64,000 nucleotides of DNA from an uncultured Phycisphaerales bacterium (GCA_963792535.1 CAWBWQ010000001.1:448001-512000), one strand, 5' to 3'; counted from the first letter of the stretch, positions 20,452-30,921 are shown. Numbers and translations: made by a program. Notes: generated by a model from the sequence alone, not told the origin.

Positions 20452-21207
20452 ATGCAGATGCTCAGAACCTTCTCGTTCGATATCCCGCTCCCGATTCTGG
20501 CAGCGGTGGATTTTCAATCACCGGTCCTATGGGCGGTGGTCGTCGGCTGGGTGCTTTCGGTGACATTACACGAACTCGCCCATGGAGTTGTCGGGTATCT
20601 GGGCGGGGACTACACCATTCGCGACCGCGGCGGCCTCACGCTCAACCCATTCAAATACATGGATCCGCTGATGAGCATTATCATGCCGCTGTTTTTTCTC
20701 CTGCAGGGGGGCGTGCCGTTGCCCGGTGGGGCAACCTATATTCGCCGGGATCTCCTGCGGAACCGAGGCTGGGATACAGCTGTCTCGCTCGCGGGCCCGG
20801 CAGTCAATTTCGCTATTTTTCTGCTATTGGCGTTGCCTTTTCATCCGCGGTTCGGCTGGATCCATCCCGAGCCCTTTCAGCCGGTTTCCACATGGAGTTC
20901 CACGTGGTTATTTCTAGGAGCAATGGTCGTTCTACAATTTATGGTATGCATCATTAATCTTCTACCGGTTCCGCCCTTGGACGGGTTCAATGCGATCAAA
21001 CCGTATTTTGATCCCGCGACCCAGGCGATGCTCTCGCGACCGCAGGTCGGGTACGTGGGATTGTTCCTTTTATGGTTTATTTTGCCGAAAAGTTTCATCC
21101 AGGGCATCTATCATCTTGAGGATGCGACACTGGCCCGGCTGGGGTTTGATGCCATCACAATTGATTTGATAGGCGAGGCTTTCAACAAGGTGCTTTTCAA
21201 CCAGTAA
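20452..21207 (+). CDS. Site-2 protease (peptidase M50)
   Basis: HELAH zinc motif, SLAGP and NLLPVPPLDG. Confidence 0.93.
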   Translation: MQMLRTFSFDIPLPILAAVDFQSPVLWAVVVGWVLSVTLHELAHGVVGYLGGDYTIRDRGGLTLNPFKYMDPLMSIIMPLFFLLQGGVPLPGGATYIRRDLLRNRGWDTAVSLAGPAVNFAIFLLLALPFHPRFGWIHPEPFQPVSTWSSTWLFLGAMVVLQFMVCIINLLPVPPLDGFNAIKPYFDPATQAMLSRPQVGYVGLFLLWFILPKSFIQGIYHLEDATLARLGFDAITIDLIGEAFNKVLFNQ

Positions 21208-21250
21208 CAGTATTGCCCGGTTGCGGACATTTGCGCAAGGAAATATGGTA

Positions 21251-21544
21251 ATGAGCAGTGAACTTTCATCTTGCGGGCAGGAGACCACGGCAATGGCACA
21301 GGATGTTAGCCGCGACCAATTCGCATTGATCAAAATTGAGGGAATGCACTGTCATAAGTGCGAGTTAGCGATACGCAAAGCCCTGATGAATTTCGTCGGG
21401 GTGCACGAGGTGGAAGTGGACTTCGCCAGCGGTCAGGCGTCTGTCCTGTTCAACAAACGCATCGCCACCGTCGACCAGATGATGCAGGCGGTGAACGAAG
21501 CGGGATACCGGGCAACCGGTTTCTCCCAGGGCGAAGAAAAGTAG
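21251..21544 (+). CDS. Heavy-metal-associated (CopZ-like) domain protein
   Basis: IEGMHCHKC metal motif and AVNEAGY; the start may be 21293 instead. Confidence 0.88.
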   Translation: MSSELSSCGQETTAMAQDVSRDQFALIKIEGMHCHKCELAIRKALMNFVGVHEVEVDFASGQASVLFNKRIATVDQMMQAVNEAGYRATGFSQGEEK

Positions 21545-21655
21545 CATCGAGCGCAAAAAAAGTTTTATTCCTTCACTAACGTGTCACATCTAAATTAAGA
21601 TGTACAATGAGCCGCCAATGCCGGGCTCGTTGTTTTGTTGCGCACGGAGGTACGA

Positions 21656-23710
21656 ATGAAAAACGTCAACGGTTTGGATTTCAGCAACTTCGGCGCTGAC
21701 CAGCTCGAATCGCTTTTATTACGCGAATGGCTGGGTGTGAACTACCTCGGCGGTTACGCCAGTTCCACCGTGGCCGGTCTCAATACGCGAAAATATCACG
21801 GCCTGCTGGTCGCTGCCATGTCACCCCCGGTTCGTCGGATGGTGCTTTTATCGCGGGTTGAAGAAACTGTCATCTCAGACGGTTGGTCCGATCCGCTGGC
21901 GTGTAACGAATACCCCAATTCCATCTATCCGCGCGGCGATCAGTCGCTGCGCACCTTCAGTCATGACCCGTTTCCGCGCTGGGCCTACCAGGGTCAGAAC
22001 TGGACGATCGAAAAAAGTGTCCAGCTCCTTCGCGGGCAGAATACCGTCGTCATCAGCTACACGCTGCTAGCCGGCGCAAGCTCCACTGCCGTCGAATTGC
22101 AGCTGCGTCCCCTTTTTGCGCTGCGCGACATTCACGATCTCACCTACCAATGGAACGGTCCGTTAACCGCTGAAGAATATAAGGCTGCCCATCACCGCAT
22201 TCCGCCCACCGGGCGAACGCCTGAGGTCTTTTTCGCGCATGACGGGGTCTTCGAACTCGACGCCCATTGGTATCTGAACACGATCTATCGCCGAGAGCAG
22301 GAGCGCGGTTATGCCGGGCTCGAGGATCTTTGGAATCCCGGAATGGTTCGCTGGTCATTGACCCCGGGGCAGACTGTTCACTTTGTGTGCTCGGCGGATC
22401 CCATCACCTTTAAGCAGGCGATTCATCTTGCCGAAACCCAAGGCGCGGCGGACATGCCCGATCACGATGTCCCTGCCGAAGCAACGCCCGAATCCACCTT
22501 GCGGGGCCTTGTCCGGGCAGCGGATCAATTCGTTATCAGCATTCCGCGGGCCGACGGTGAAGTGACCGAATTCGTTGCCTCGCAGTATCCCTGGTCGCCG
22601 CCGTCTCCAAGGCATTCCCTGCTTGGATTCACGGGGCTGTTTCTGATTCCAAAAAAATTCACTGCCGCCAGGACGTTTCTGCTTGGGATGATCGAAAGGC
22701 TTGTCGACGGGCTGCTTCCGTCCGAGCTTTCCGAAGCATCCGGAACGGGCATCTACAAAGGCGTGGACCCATCGCTGTGGTTTATCAACGCGGTCTATCA
22801 ATATCTGCGATACACCGGCGACGCCGAAACGGTGCGTCATCCGCTGCTCGACGCGGTCATGCAGATAATCCAGTGGTATCGCTCGGGCACCACGCTGGGC
22901 ATCCGCGCCGATGTCGACGGCTTGCTCGAGACCGACCAGCCCGGTGTGCCGACAACGTGGATGAACGCGCAGGCGGATGGATGGGTTGTCACTCCGCGCA
23001 GTGGAAAAGCGGTTGAAATAAACGCGCTCTGGTACAACGCGATTTGCATCGCAGCTGAGCTTTGCGAGCGATTTGGCCGCCTCCAGCAGGCCACGGAACT
23101 CACGCAGTTGGCTTCCACCATAAAGGGTTCTTTCAATGTCCGGTTCTGGAACATGAGCAACAACTGCTGCTACGACGTGATCGATCGTCTTGGCGCGGAT
23201 CCATCCGTTCGTCCGAATCAGCTGCTGGCCATTTCGTTACCGTTCCCGGTGTTGGCGGTCAATCGATTTGATGTGGTACTGGAGAAGGTGCGATACGAAC
23301 TGCTGACGCCTTTTGGGCTTCGCAGCCTGTCGCCGAACAATCACAACTATCGCGGCGTTTATGCCGGTGATGTTGTTGCCCGCGACCGCGCTCATCACCA
23401 GGGGTCGGTCTTCCCCTGGTTATTGGGGCCGATGGTGACTGCCTACATGAAGGTGCACGGCCGTGGGGAAGGCGCCCGGCACGAAGCCGAGCAGTTGCTC
23501 GCCGGCTGTCTTCGATATCTGCGAACCACCGGTCAAGGCCAGCTTTGCGAGCTTTTCGACGGCGATAGCCCCCATCGTCCCGGCGGTGCGACCGCCTCGG
23601 CTATCTCTATCGCCGAGGTTTTGCGGTGCTATATCGAAGACGTGAGGGACGAACAACCCTTCCCACCCCGTATCTCGGTCGGAGATGCTGCCCGCGTCGA
23701 GGCGGAATAA
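21656..23710 (+). CDS. Amylo-alpha-1,6-glucosidase / glycogen debranching enzyme-like protein (catalytic motifs degenerate)
   Basis: GDE N-terminal EWL..N.LGGYAS.T..GLNTRKYHGLL; C-terminal GKAVEINALWYN, RPNQ, TPFGLRSL and HQGSVFPWL. Confidence 0.88.
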   Translation: MKNVNGLDFSNFGADQLESLLLREWLGVNYLGGYASSTVAGLNTRKYHGLLVAAMSPPVRRMVLLSRVEETVISDGWSDPLACNEYPNSIYPRGDQSLRTFSHDPFPRWAYQGQNWTIEKSVQLLRGQNTVVISYTLLAGASSTAVELQLRPLFALRDIHDLTYQWNGPLTAEEYKAAHHRIPPTGRTPEVFFAHDGVFELDAHWYLNTIYRREQERGYAGLEDLWNPGMVRWSLTPGQTVHFVCSADPITFKQAIHLAETQGAADMPDHDVPAEATPESTLRGLVRAADQFVISIPRADGEVTEFVASQYPWSPPSPRHSLLGFTGLFLIPKKFTAARTFLLGMIERLVDGLLPSELSEASGTGIYKGVDPSLWFINAVYQYLRYTGDAETVRHPLLDAVMQIIQWYRSGTTLGIRADVDGLLETDQPGVPTTWMNAQADGWVVTPRSGKAVEINALWYNAICIAAELCERFGRLQQATELTQLASTIKGSFNVRFWNMSNNCCYDVIDRLGADPSVRPNQLLAISLPFPVLAVNRFDVVLEKVRYELLTPFGLRSLSPNNHNYRGVYAGDVVARDRAHHQGSVFPWLLGPMVTAYMKVHGRGEGARHEAEQLLAGCLRYLRTTGQGQLCELFDGDSPHRPGGATASAISIAEVLRCYIEDVRDEQPFPPRISVGDAARVEAE

Positions 23711-23795
23711 GATTGCCCCGCTGTTTCAGCTCAAAATGCTCCCGCGGGGCCGATGTGCGGCATCCCGCCGGGGCATTTCGTCTGCCTGATTCCCG

Positions 23796-23960
23796 TTACA
23801 GCTTTCCAAGCAGCAGCAGGATAATCACCACCACAACGACCAATCCCAGACCGCCGCTGGGGTAATAACCCCAACCGCTGCTGTAGGGCCAGGCAGGCAG
23901 TGTGCCGAGCAAAAGAAGAATAAGAACCACAATTAAGATAGTGCGTGCGAGGCTGTTCAT
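23796..23960 (-). CDS. DUF3309-family small membrane protein
   Basis: Manual translation, 54 aa: MNSLARTILIVVLILLLLGTLPAWPYSSGWGYYPSGGLGLVVVVVIILLLLGKL, with the LP.WPYS..WGYYPSGGLG signature. Below the ORF-track length cutoff. Confidence 0.88.
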   Translation of the reverse strand: MNSLARTILIVVLILLLLGTLPAWPYSSGWGYYPSGGLGLVVVVVIILLLLGKL

Positions 23961-24082
23961 ACATGCTTTTTACTTCATGCGTTCTTCAGGCGGGAAGGTG
24001 CAAAATATTGCCCGCTTCGAAATCCTGTTTTGCTGGAACAATACGCTCCGGAATTGTTAAGATATGTTCCAACCGAGGTTTT

Positions 24083-24355
24083 ATGGCTCAAGCTAATGTG
24101 GACCCCAATGAACTGCGTCGATTTGCCAGTGACCTGAACCGCTTTAACGGCGAGCTCCAAGCCCTGATGGGCGGCCTGCACGGCCGAATGAGGGGACTGG
24201 AAAACACCTGGCGGGACCAGGAGCAGCGTAAGTTTACCGAAGTGTTCGAGCAGACCCTCAAAGTACTCAATGTCTTTCTCGAAAACTCACACCTGCACGC
24301 GTCATTTCTCTCCAAAAAGGCAAACGCGATCGAGCAGTACCTCAAGCAGCGATAG
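24083..24355 (+). CDS. WXG100/ESAT-6-like protein (WRD variant)
   Basis: 90 aa helix-turn-helix, VDPNELRRFA...LENTWRDQEQRKF; GAGG RBS; adjacent to an FtsK ATPase. Confidence 0.85.
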   Translation: MAQANVDPNELRRFASDLNRFNGELQALMGGLHGRMRGLENTWRDQEQRKFTEVFEQTLKVLNVFLENSHLHASFLSKKANAIEQYLKQR

Positions 24356-24376
24356 AACGCTTGAAGTGATGATCTA

Positions 24377-25450
24377 ATGGCCGAAGGCGCGAGAATACAT
24401 TCCGTCGATGCGCTGAGCATTTTCCGGGCGGCACTGATTAAGTTCGCCGAGAACGGAAATGTTGCGCTCTCCAGTGCCGACAGTGATATCGATCGCGTTC
24501 TAGGCTGGCTCGAGCGGGATCAACTCAGCTACTGGGCAATGCAGATTCGCAAGCGGCATGAGATCGTCCTGAAATGGGAGGACGCGATCCGGCAGAAAAA
24601 GCTGTACAAAAACATCGACGGCACCACCAAGTCCGCAGTCGACGAACAAAAAGAACTTCAGCGCGCAAGCGCGCTGAAGACGAAGCCCGCCAGAAAGAAG
24701 TGACTGTGAAAAAAGCCATCATGCACCTCCGCAAAGAGGCCATGATGTACAAAGGCCGGGTGCAGCGACTGGCGACATTTCTGCAATCCGATATTCCCGC
24801 AGCAGTCCGGAGCCTGGACAATATGCTTACGCACCTGGAAGCCTATCTTCAGGTGCAAACCGCCGGGCAGGGGGTCAGCCTCGGTGAAGGAGCCGAAACT
24901 ATTTCGCGGGCCGCTGCCAGCGAAAAAGTCGGGCTCGAACGCTTTCGCTCGAGAACGCCGACTGCCGAGCAGCGCCGGGCGGCACCGTTCGCGCTCGTCA
25001 CCGCCGATCATGCCATCCATCAACCGTGGAAGCCGGGAACCATGCAGGAATGGCAATCCACGGCCCTCGCCGGACTGGCGATCGATCGGCAGCTTCCAGA
25101 CCCAGAGTCGCGCATTATTCTTTTACCCGAGGTCGGGCAAAGCGAGCGTGTTTATCTTGAACGATTAGAGCCCTCCTCAGATCAGGATTCGGGTTGGTAT
25201 GTCGGGTCCGCGGAGGAAAATGCCGCAGCAGTCGATCCGGAAAAGTTGATTGCTGTTCGATTGGGAGATCTGGTAGCCGCCCGGAATGATCTTTCAGATC
25301 TGCTCGGATTGCCCACCGGCACGCTGATCATAATGGACGCCGGAGGCCCGGCTGCTATTTTCGATCCGCTCGGCCTGGACCTATGGGCGCTGGCACTGAT
25401 TAAAGCGGCGGAGCCGGCACCGGCGCCGGCAAGAGACGGTTGCAACATAA
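24377..25450 (+). CDS. Helical T7SS-associated protein fused to an Imm33/DUF2185-like C-terminal domain (indels near 24665 and 25431)
   Basis: ORFs 24377-24703 and 24574-25569 join at a frameshift. The N-half is alpha-helical (...WLERDQLSYW...) and the C-half has ERLEPSSDQDSGWYV...DLLGLPTGT. A TAA at 25448-25450, just before the next RBS, is the likely true stop. Confidence 0.65.
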
Positions 25451-25459
25451 AGGACAAAC

Positions 25460-25672
25460 ATGGGCCTGCAGGAAAGCCGCGGAAAAGTGAGCCGGAGTAT
25501 CCAGGATCTGATGGCTGCCTGGTCCAGCACCCAGATGCATTGGAACGACGGAAACAGCCAGAAGTTTGAGGAGAATTTTTTGAAGCCGCTCGAAAAAGAC
25601 GTCCGGGTCGCAACCAGCGCGATGGACGAAATGGCGTCGCTGTTGTCGCAGATCAAACGAGAATGTGAATAA
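25460..25672 (+). CDS. Second small WXG100-like protein
   Basis: 70 aa, AAWSSTQMHWNDGNSQKFEENFL helical hairpin with a central W-x-D; AGGA RBS. Confidence 0.75.
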   Translation: MGLQESRGKVSRSIQDLMAAWSSTQMHWNDGNSQKFEENFLKPLEKDVRVATSAMDEMASLLSQIKRECE

Positions 25673-25811
25673 TCAGATCCCGGCATTTCACCGGGCAACC
25701 CGGCATGCGTGAAAAAAGGGCCGTGAAAAAAGCCCTTCGGAACGCCCGGGAAATTTCGCAAGACGCACGTGCTAGTTGATTGGCTTTCAGCAGGAATTGA
25801 GAACAAAATAG

Positions 25812-28800
25812 ATGCCACCACCGGTGTTACCATCCCTCGACTTTGCCAACGACTTCCTCGCTCCGATTCCGCCGGCTGCAGCTGAATTATCCGCCGGCGG
25901 CATACCCGCTGATGCGCCGACACCGGCCGGCCCGCGGACGGGTCGTGATGTGCAGCGCAGTGCGCTGAGAGATTTGATTGCGTTGGCGGCCGATTGCGCT
26001 GCCACCGAATCCGATGTCGAGCGCGAGTATCGCACGGGCAGAGAAAACCAGACCAGGGCGTTCGGCGATCGAAATTTCGAGATCGACCAGACCCATAAGC
26101 AGCAGCACGAGGAAACCAACCAGAAGCACCAGGCGCGCCTCGCTGAACTAGCCAATCAGTATAAAGCCGAGCGCAGCAAGATCGCTGCGACCGACAAAGC
26201 GGTTAAGAAAAAAATCGAAGATGAGTGCGCGTCGATCGAGGAAAAGCTCCGGAAGAAATACGACGATGCGGTCTGGCTTGCCGACGGCGTTCTGGAAGTT
26301 GCCAACGGGCAGGCCGGGCGGGCATTCAAGGAAAAAAGCGAAGCCGTACAAAGTGCGCGGGAAGACCTGAATGGCTTAGAAGTGCGTGCCGCCGGTCTGG
26401 TCCAGCAATATGGGGTTGCTCTGCCGCAAGACGCGGTGACCACCGAGCTTGATCCGACCATCGCGACCGATGCCGATTCCGCGTTCACCGCGCATCGCCA
26501 GGCGCTGGAGCAACTGGTCAACCGCCTGGGCAAGATGCCGATCGCTAATTTGTTTGTCGGTGGGCGTCCCTATTTTCTGGCCATTATTCTAACGCTGCTT
26601 ACCGCCGCCGCGGTGCAGTTTCAGAACAAGCAGGTCGAACCGAAGTGGGATCAACTGGCGATCTACGCCGGTGGTGTGCTGGGCGTATACATCCTTCTGG
26701 CGATAATTCTTCGGGTCATTGCAACGCGGCAGGTTCGCGCGGTGCATACGCCTATTCGCATCGAGCTACTGCAGGTACATCATGCGGCCGAGCAGCAACT
26801 GGTCAATGCTGCCCAGAAGCGCCAGCAGGACATGCAGGCCGCGTTGCTGGCCCGCAACACGGAGGTGCAATCCGCCAAGGATCAGATCGCGCCGTTCATC
26901 GCCAAAGCGATGCAAAAGCGGGCGACAGACCTTGCCACCGCGCAATCCGACGCCGCGCAGAAGCTTGCGCGTATCGACAAGATTCGCGATAGCGCTAACG
27001 CCGAGACCAACGAATGGCTTCGCCGGCAGTTGCATGATCTGGACCATAAGCGCGAGAGGGACCTGAAGGAAAATAAACTCAAGAACAGCCTCAGCGAAAA
27101 AGAGATAGAGCAGCGTTATCGCGATCGTCGGGCAGAACTGGAACAGCGCTGGGCGACAGGCCTGCGGCAAATTCAGAGCCCATCGATCTGGACGGGCAGG
27201 GTGTTCCCACCGCATACGACTGGAACGATCCGGCTTGGAACACCTGGATTCCTTCCCGGCGATTCGCATCGCGCATCGCGCTTTGCGGAGATGCAGGTGG
27301 ACCTGAAGGAAATCGCCGAGAACGTGCCGCAGAAACTGAACCTGCCCGCCACCTTTCCGCTGCCGGCGGTGCTGGCGTTTCCGGCCAATGCATCGCTTCT
27401 TATTCATACCGACCAGGCCGGGCGACCTGAAGCGATCCGCACGTTGCAGATGGTAATGGCTCGTCTTCTCAGCGGTCTTCCCGCCGGTCGCGTGCGCTTT
27501 ACGATCATCGATCCGGTGGGGCTTGGGCAAAACTTCGCCGGCTTCATGCACCTGTCTGACTATGACGACGCATTGGTCGGCGGCCGCATCTGGACCAGCC
27601 AGGAACAGATCGACCAGAAGCTCACGAATCTGGCCGAGCACATGGAAACGGTCATCCAGAAATATCTTCGCAACGAGTTTGAAACGATTGATGATTACAA
27701 CGCGCAGGCGGGCGAACTGGCCGAGCCGTACCGGTTTCTGGTGATCGCGGACCTGCCGACGAACTTTTCCGCCGAAGCGTTTCGCCGCCTCAACAGCATC
27801 GCCTCGAGCGGCGCACGCTGCGGGGTTTATACGCTCATCAGCCGCGACGTGCGCCAGCCTATTCCGGCCGGGTCCCACCTCGACGAATTAAAAGCCCACA
27901 GTGTGAATCTGATCCGCCAGGATGATCGGTTTGTGTGGGATGATGAAGTTTTCCGCCGATTGCCACTCACGCTCGATGCGCCGCCCACGGAAGACCAGCT
28001 GACGAAGATTCTGCACAAGGTGGGGGCAGGCGCGAAAGAGGCCAAGCGTGTTGAGGTGCCTTTTGCGGTGATTGCTCCACCGGATGGAAAAATGTGGACC
28101 GGGAGCACCGCCGCCGAGCTGGATGTGATGGTCGGACGGCTTGGCGCGAACCGGTTCCAATCCTTAAGACTCGGCAAGGGAACATCCCAGCACGTGCTGA
28201 TCGCCGGCAAAACCGGGTCGGGTAAATCGACGTTGATGCACGCGATGATCACCAACTCCGCGCTGTGGTATTCGCCGGATGAGGTGGAGTTGTACCTGGT
28301 CGACTTTAAGAAAGGTGTGGAATTTAAGACCTACGCTCACAATCTGCTGCCGCACGCGCGGGCGATCGCCGTTGAAAGCGATCGGGAATTCGGGCTTAGT
28401 TTGTTGAACCGTTTGGATCTGGAACTGGCGCGGCGCGGCGAATTGTTTCGCAAGGCCGGTGTGCAGGATCTGATATCCTATCGCCAGACGAGCACGCCGC
28501 AGGTCGTGCCGCGCACGCTGCTTATTATCGACGAGTTCCAGGAATTTTTCACCGAGGATGACAAACTCGCGCAGGAGGCGGCACTGTTGATCGAGCGCCT
28601 TGTCCGGCAGGGGCGCGCGTTTGGCATGCATGTTTTACTTGGAAGTCAGACCATCGGTGGCGCTGGTGGATTGCCGCGCGCGGTGCTGGGCCAGTTCGCC
28701 GTGCGAATCGCATTGCAGACAACCGAGGCGGACAGCCAATTGATTTTAGGTGATAACAATTCCGCGGCGCGGCTGCTGTCGCGCCCGGCGAGGCAATCTA

Positions 28801-29808
28801 CAACGATGCCGGTGGGGCGGTCGAGGGAAACAGCCCATTTCAGGTAGCGTACCTTTCTGACAAGGCCCGCGACGTATATCTGGCCGATCTTGCGAGCAAG
28901 GCCAAGCCGTACTTCGAGCGGTTTGGTTATCCCATCGTGTTTGAAGGCAACGCACCAGCGGACATTCAGCGCAATGCAAAGTTAGCGTCGTTGCTGGATG
29001 CCGCAGCGTGGCCGGCGCAGGTCGGATCTGCCGGCGCAGGGTTGGATGGGTGAACCGGTTGCGATTAAAGACCCGACCGCCATCGCGTTCAGGCGTCAGG
29101 CCGGGGCGAATGCACTGATTGTAGGTCAGGCGGACGAGCAGTCTGTCGCGGTTGTCGCTGCGATGATGACAAGTATTGCGGCTCAGCAATCACCCGCGCA
29201 GGCATCGTTTGTTGTATTCGACGGAACCGCCAGCGACAGCCCGCTGTTTGGCACGCTGGAAAAGGTAAGGGCCGCATTGCCGCATGAAATTAAGATGATC
29301 GATTTCCGCACGACCGTCGACGCGATTGATGAACTTGCGCAGCAAGTGTCCAGCCGGCAAAGCAGTGAGACCGCTGGGCCCTCGATCTATGTGATTGTGT
29401 ACGGCCTGCAGCGTTACCGAGCGCCTGCGCAAGCAGGAAGATGATTACAGTTTTGCCAGCAGCGACGAACCGAAAAAAGCCAAGCCGGATAAACAGTTTG
29501 CCGAGATTCTTCGCGAAGGACCCAACGTGGGGGTGCATGTCATCGTTTGGGCGGACACGCTCGTTTCCATTGATCGCACGTTCGACCGCGGCACGATGCG
29601 TGAGTTCGACAATCGCGTGCTTTTCCAGATGAGCGCCGCCGATTCAAGCAATCTGATCGACTCGCCAAATGCCAATAAGCTTGGGTATCACAAGGCGCTG
29701 GTCTACAGCGAAGAGCAGGGTGTCATGGAACGATTCAGGCCGTACGCACTGCCCGATATAAATTGGCTGTCGCTCGTAAAGCAGAAACTCGTCGATCGCA
29801 CCCGGTGA
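25812..29808 (+). CDS. Membrane-anchored FtsK/SpoIIIE-family ATPase (EssC/EccC-like), several indels
   Basis: Coiled coil, two TM helices (~26570-26720), coiled coil, then three RecA-like modules; Walker A GKTGSGKST (28206) and Walker B LLIIDEFQ; RQGRAFGMHVLLGSQ. Continues through frameshifts (~28785, ~29035, ~29420) to the stop at 29808. Confidence 0.88.
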
Positions 29809-29853
29809 ACGGCAACTGGAGATTGCACGCAAACCCGTCAACAGGTAACCCAC

Positions 29854-30831
29854 ATGAACTATCGCGCATTAGGCACGTCCGACGTCAAAGTTTCCGAGAT
29901 CAGTTTTGGCTGCTGGACAATGGGAGGCCTCAACTGGGTCAATGGTTCGCCAAACGGCTGGGCCAATGTCGATGAGGACGACATCACCGCGGGAATCAAG
30001 CTGGCGATCGAGAAGGGGGTTAATCATTTCGACAATGCCGATGTATACGGCAACGGTAAAGCCGAGCGGATGCTTGCCCGCGTTTTTGCGCGACTGGGTG
30101 TGAAATCAACCGATTTTATTGTTGCCAGCAAGGTCGGTCACTTCCCTGGAACAGCCGACAATGCTTATGAGCCGGCACATATCCGGCACCAGTGCGAGCA
30201 ATCGCTGATTAATCTCAAGCGGGATTATCTGGATATTTACTATTTCCATCATGGCAATTTTGGCCCGGAAGATCGCTACCTGCCCCAGGCGGCCGACACG
30301 CTGGACCGATTGGTTGCTGAGGGAAAGGTGCGTATCAAAGGGCAGTCCGCGTATTCAGCCGCCGACTTTGAAAAGACAATTCCCATCGTGAAGCCTCAAT
30401 GCCTGCAGAGTTGGGCGCACGCACTCGACGATCAGTTTGTGCGTCCCGGATCGCCGGTGAATAAGTTGATGGAAAAATACAATCTGACGTTTGTTGCCTT
30501 CAGTCCCTTAGCGCAGGCAAGGCTTTTGGACAAGTTTGATCCCACGCATCCGCCGCAGTTCGAGCCAGGCGACCATCGAAAAGATTCCAAGTCTTTTTCG
30601 ACGCAGGCGATTGCTGAGCTAAAACCAAAGTTGCAGCATCTCAAAGCGCGCTTCGGCGGCACAACAGAAGATCTGGCGGCGGTTGCGCTGAATTACATTC
30701 TCGCCCAGCCACGGGTTGCGTGTGTGATTCCTGGTTTCCGCAATGAGCGACAGGCGCGATGCAACTTGGCCGCCGACGGACGAACGCTGAGCACTGAGGA
30801 CATTGCTTTTGTCCGAAACACGCTGGCCTGA
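29854..30831 (+). CDS. Aldo/keto reductase
   Basis: VSEISFGCW, FDNADVYGNG, SLINLKRDYLDIYYFH, FSPLAQ and VIPG motifs. Confidence 0.95.
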   Translation: MNYRALGTSDVKVSEISFGCWTMGGLNWVNGSPNGWANVDEDDITAGIKLAIEKGVNHFDNADVYGNGKAERMLARVFARLGVKSTDFIVASKVGHFPGTADNAYEPAHIRHQCEQSLINLKRDYLDIYYFHHGNFGPEDRYLPQAADTLDRLVAEGKVRIKGQSAYSAADFEKTIPIVKPQCLQSWAHALDDQFVRPGSPVNKLMEKYNLTFVAFSPLAQARLLDKFDPTHPPQFEPGDHRKDSKSFSTQAIAELKPKLQHLKARFGGTTEDLAAVALNYILAQPRVACVIPGFRNERQARCNLAADGRTLSTEDIAFVRNTLA

Positions 30832-30921
30832 AGGTTTGAATTAGTTGGATGCCGACGGGTCGGGCATTGAAAAAATGATGTGGCACACACTCGGCGGCGC
30901 GTCGGCGTCAGGACGGCGATT

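Noticed and set aside
25812..29808. Chromosome-segregation FtsK or conjugative coupling protein of an ICE
   Set aside because: No gamma domain, three tandem modules, WXG100 neighbours, and no integrase, relaxase or att sites in the window.
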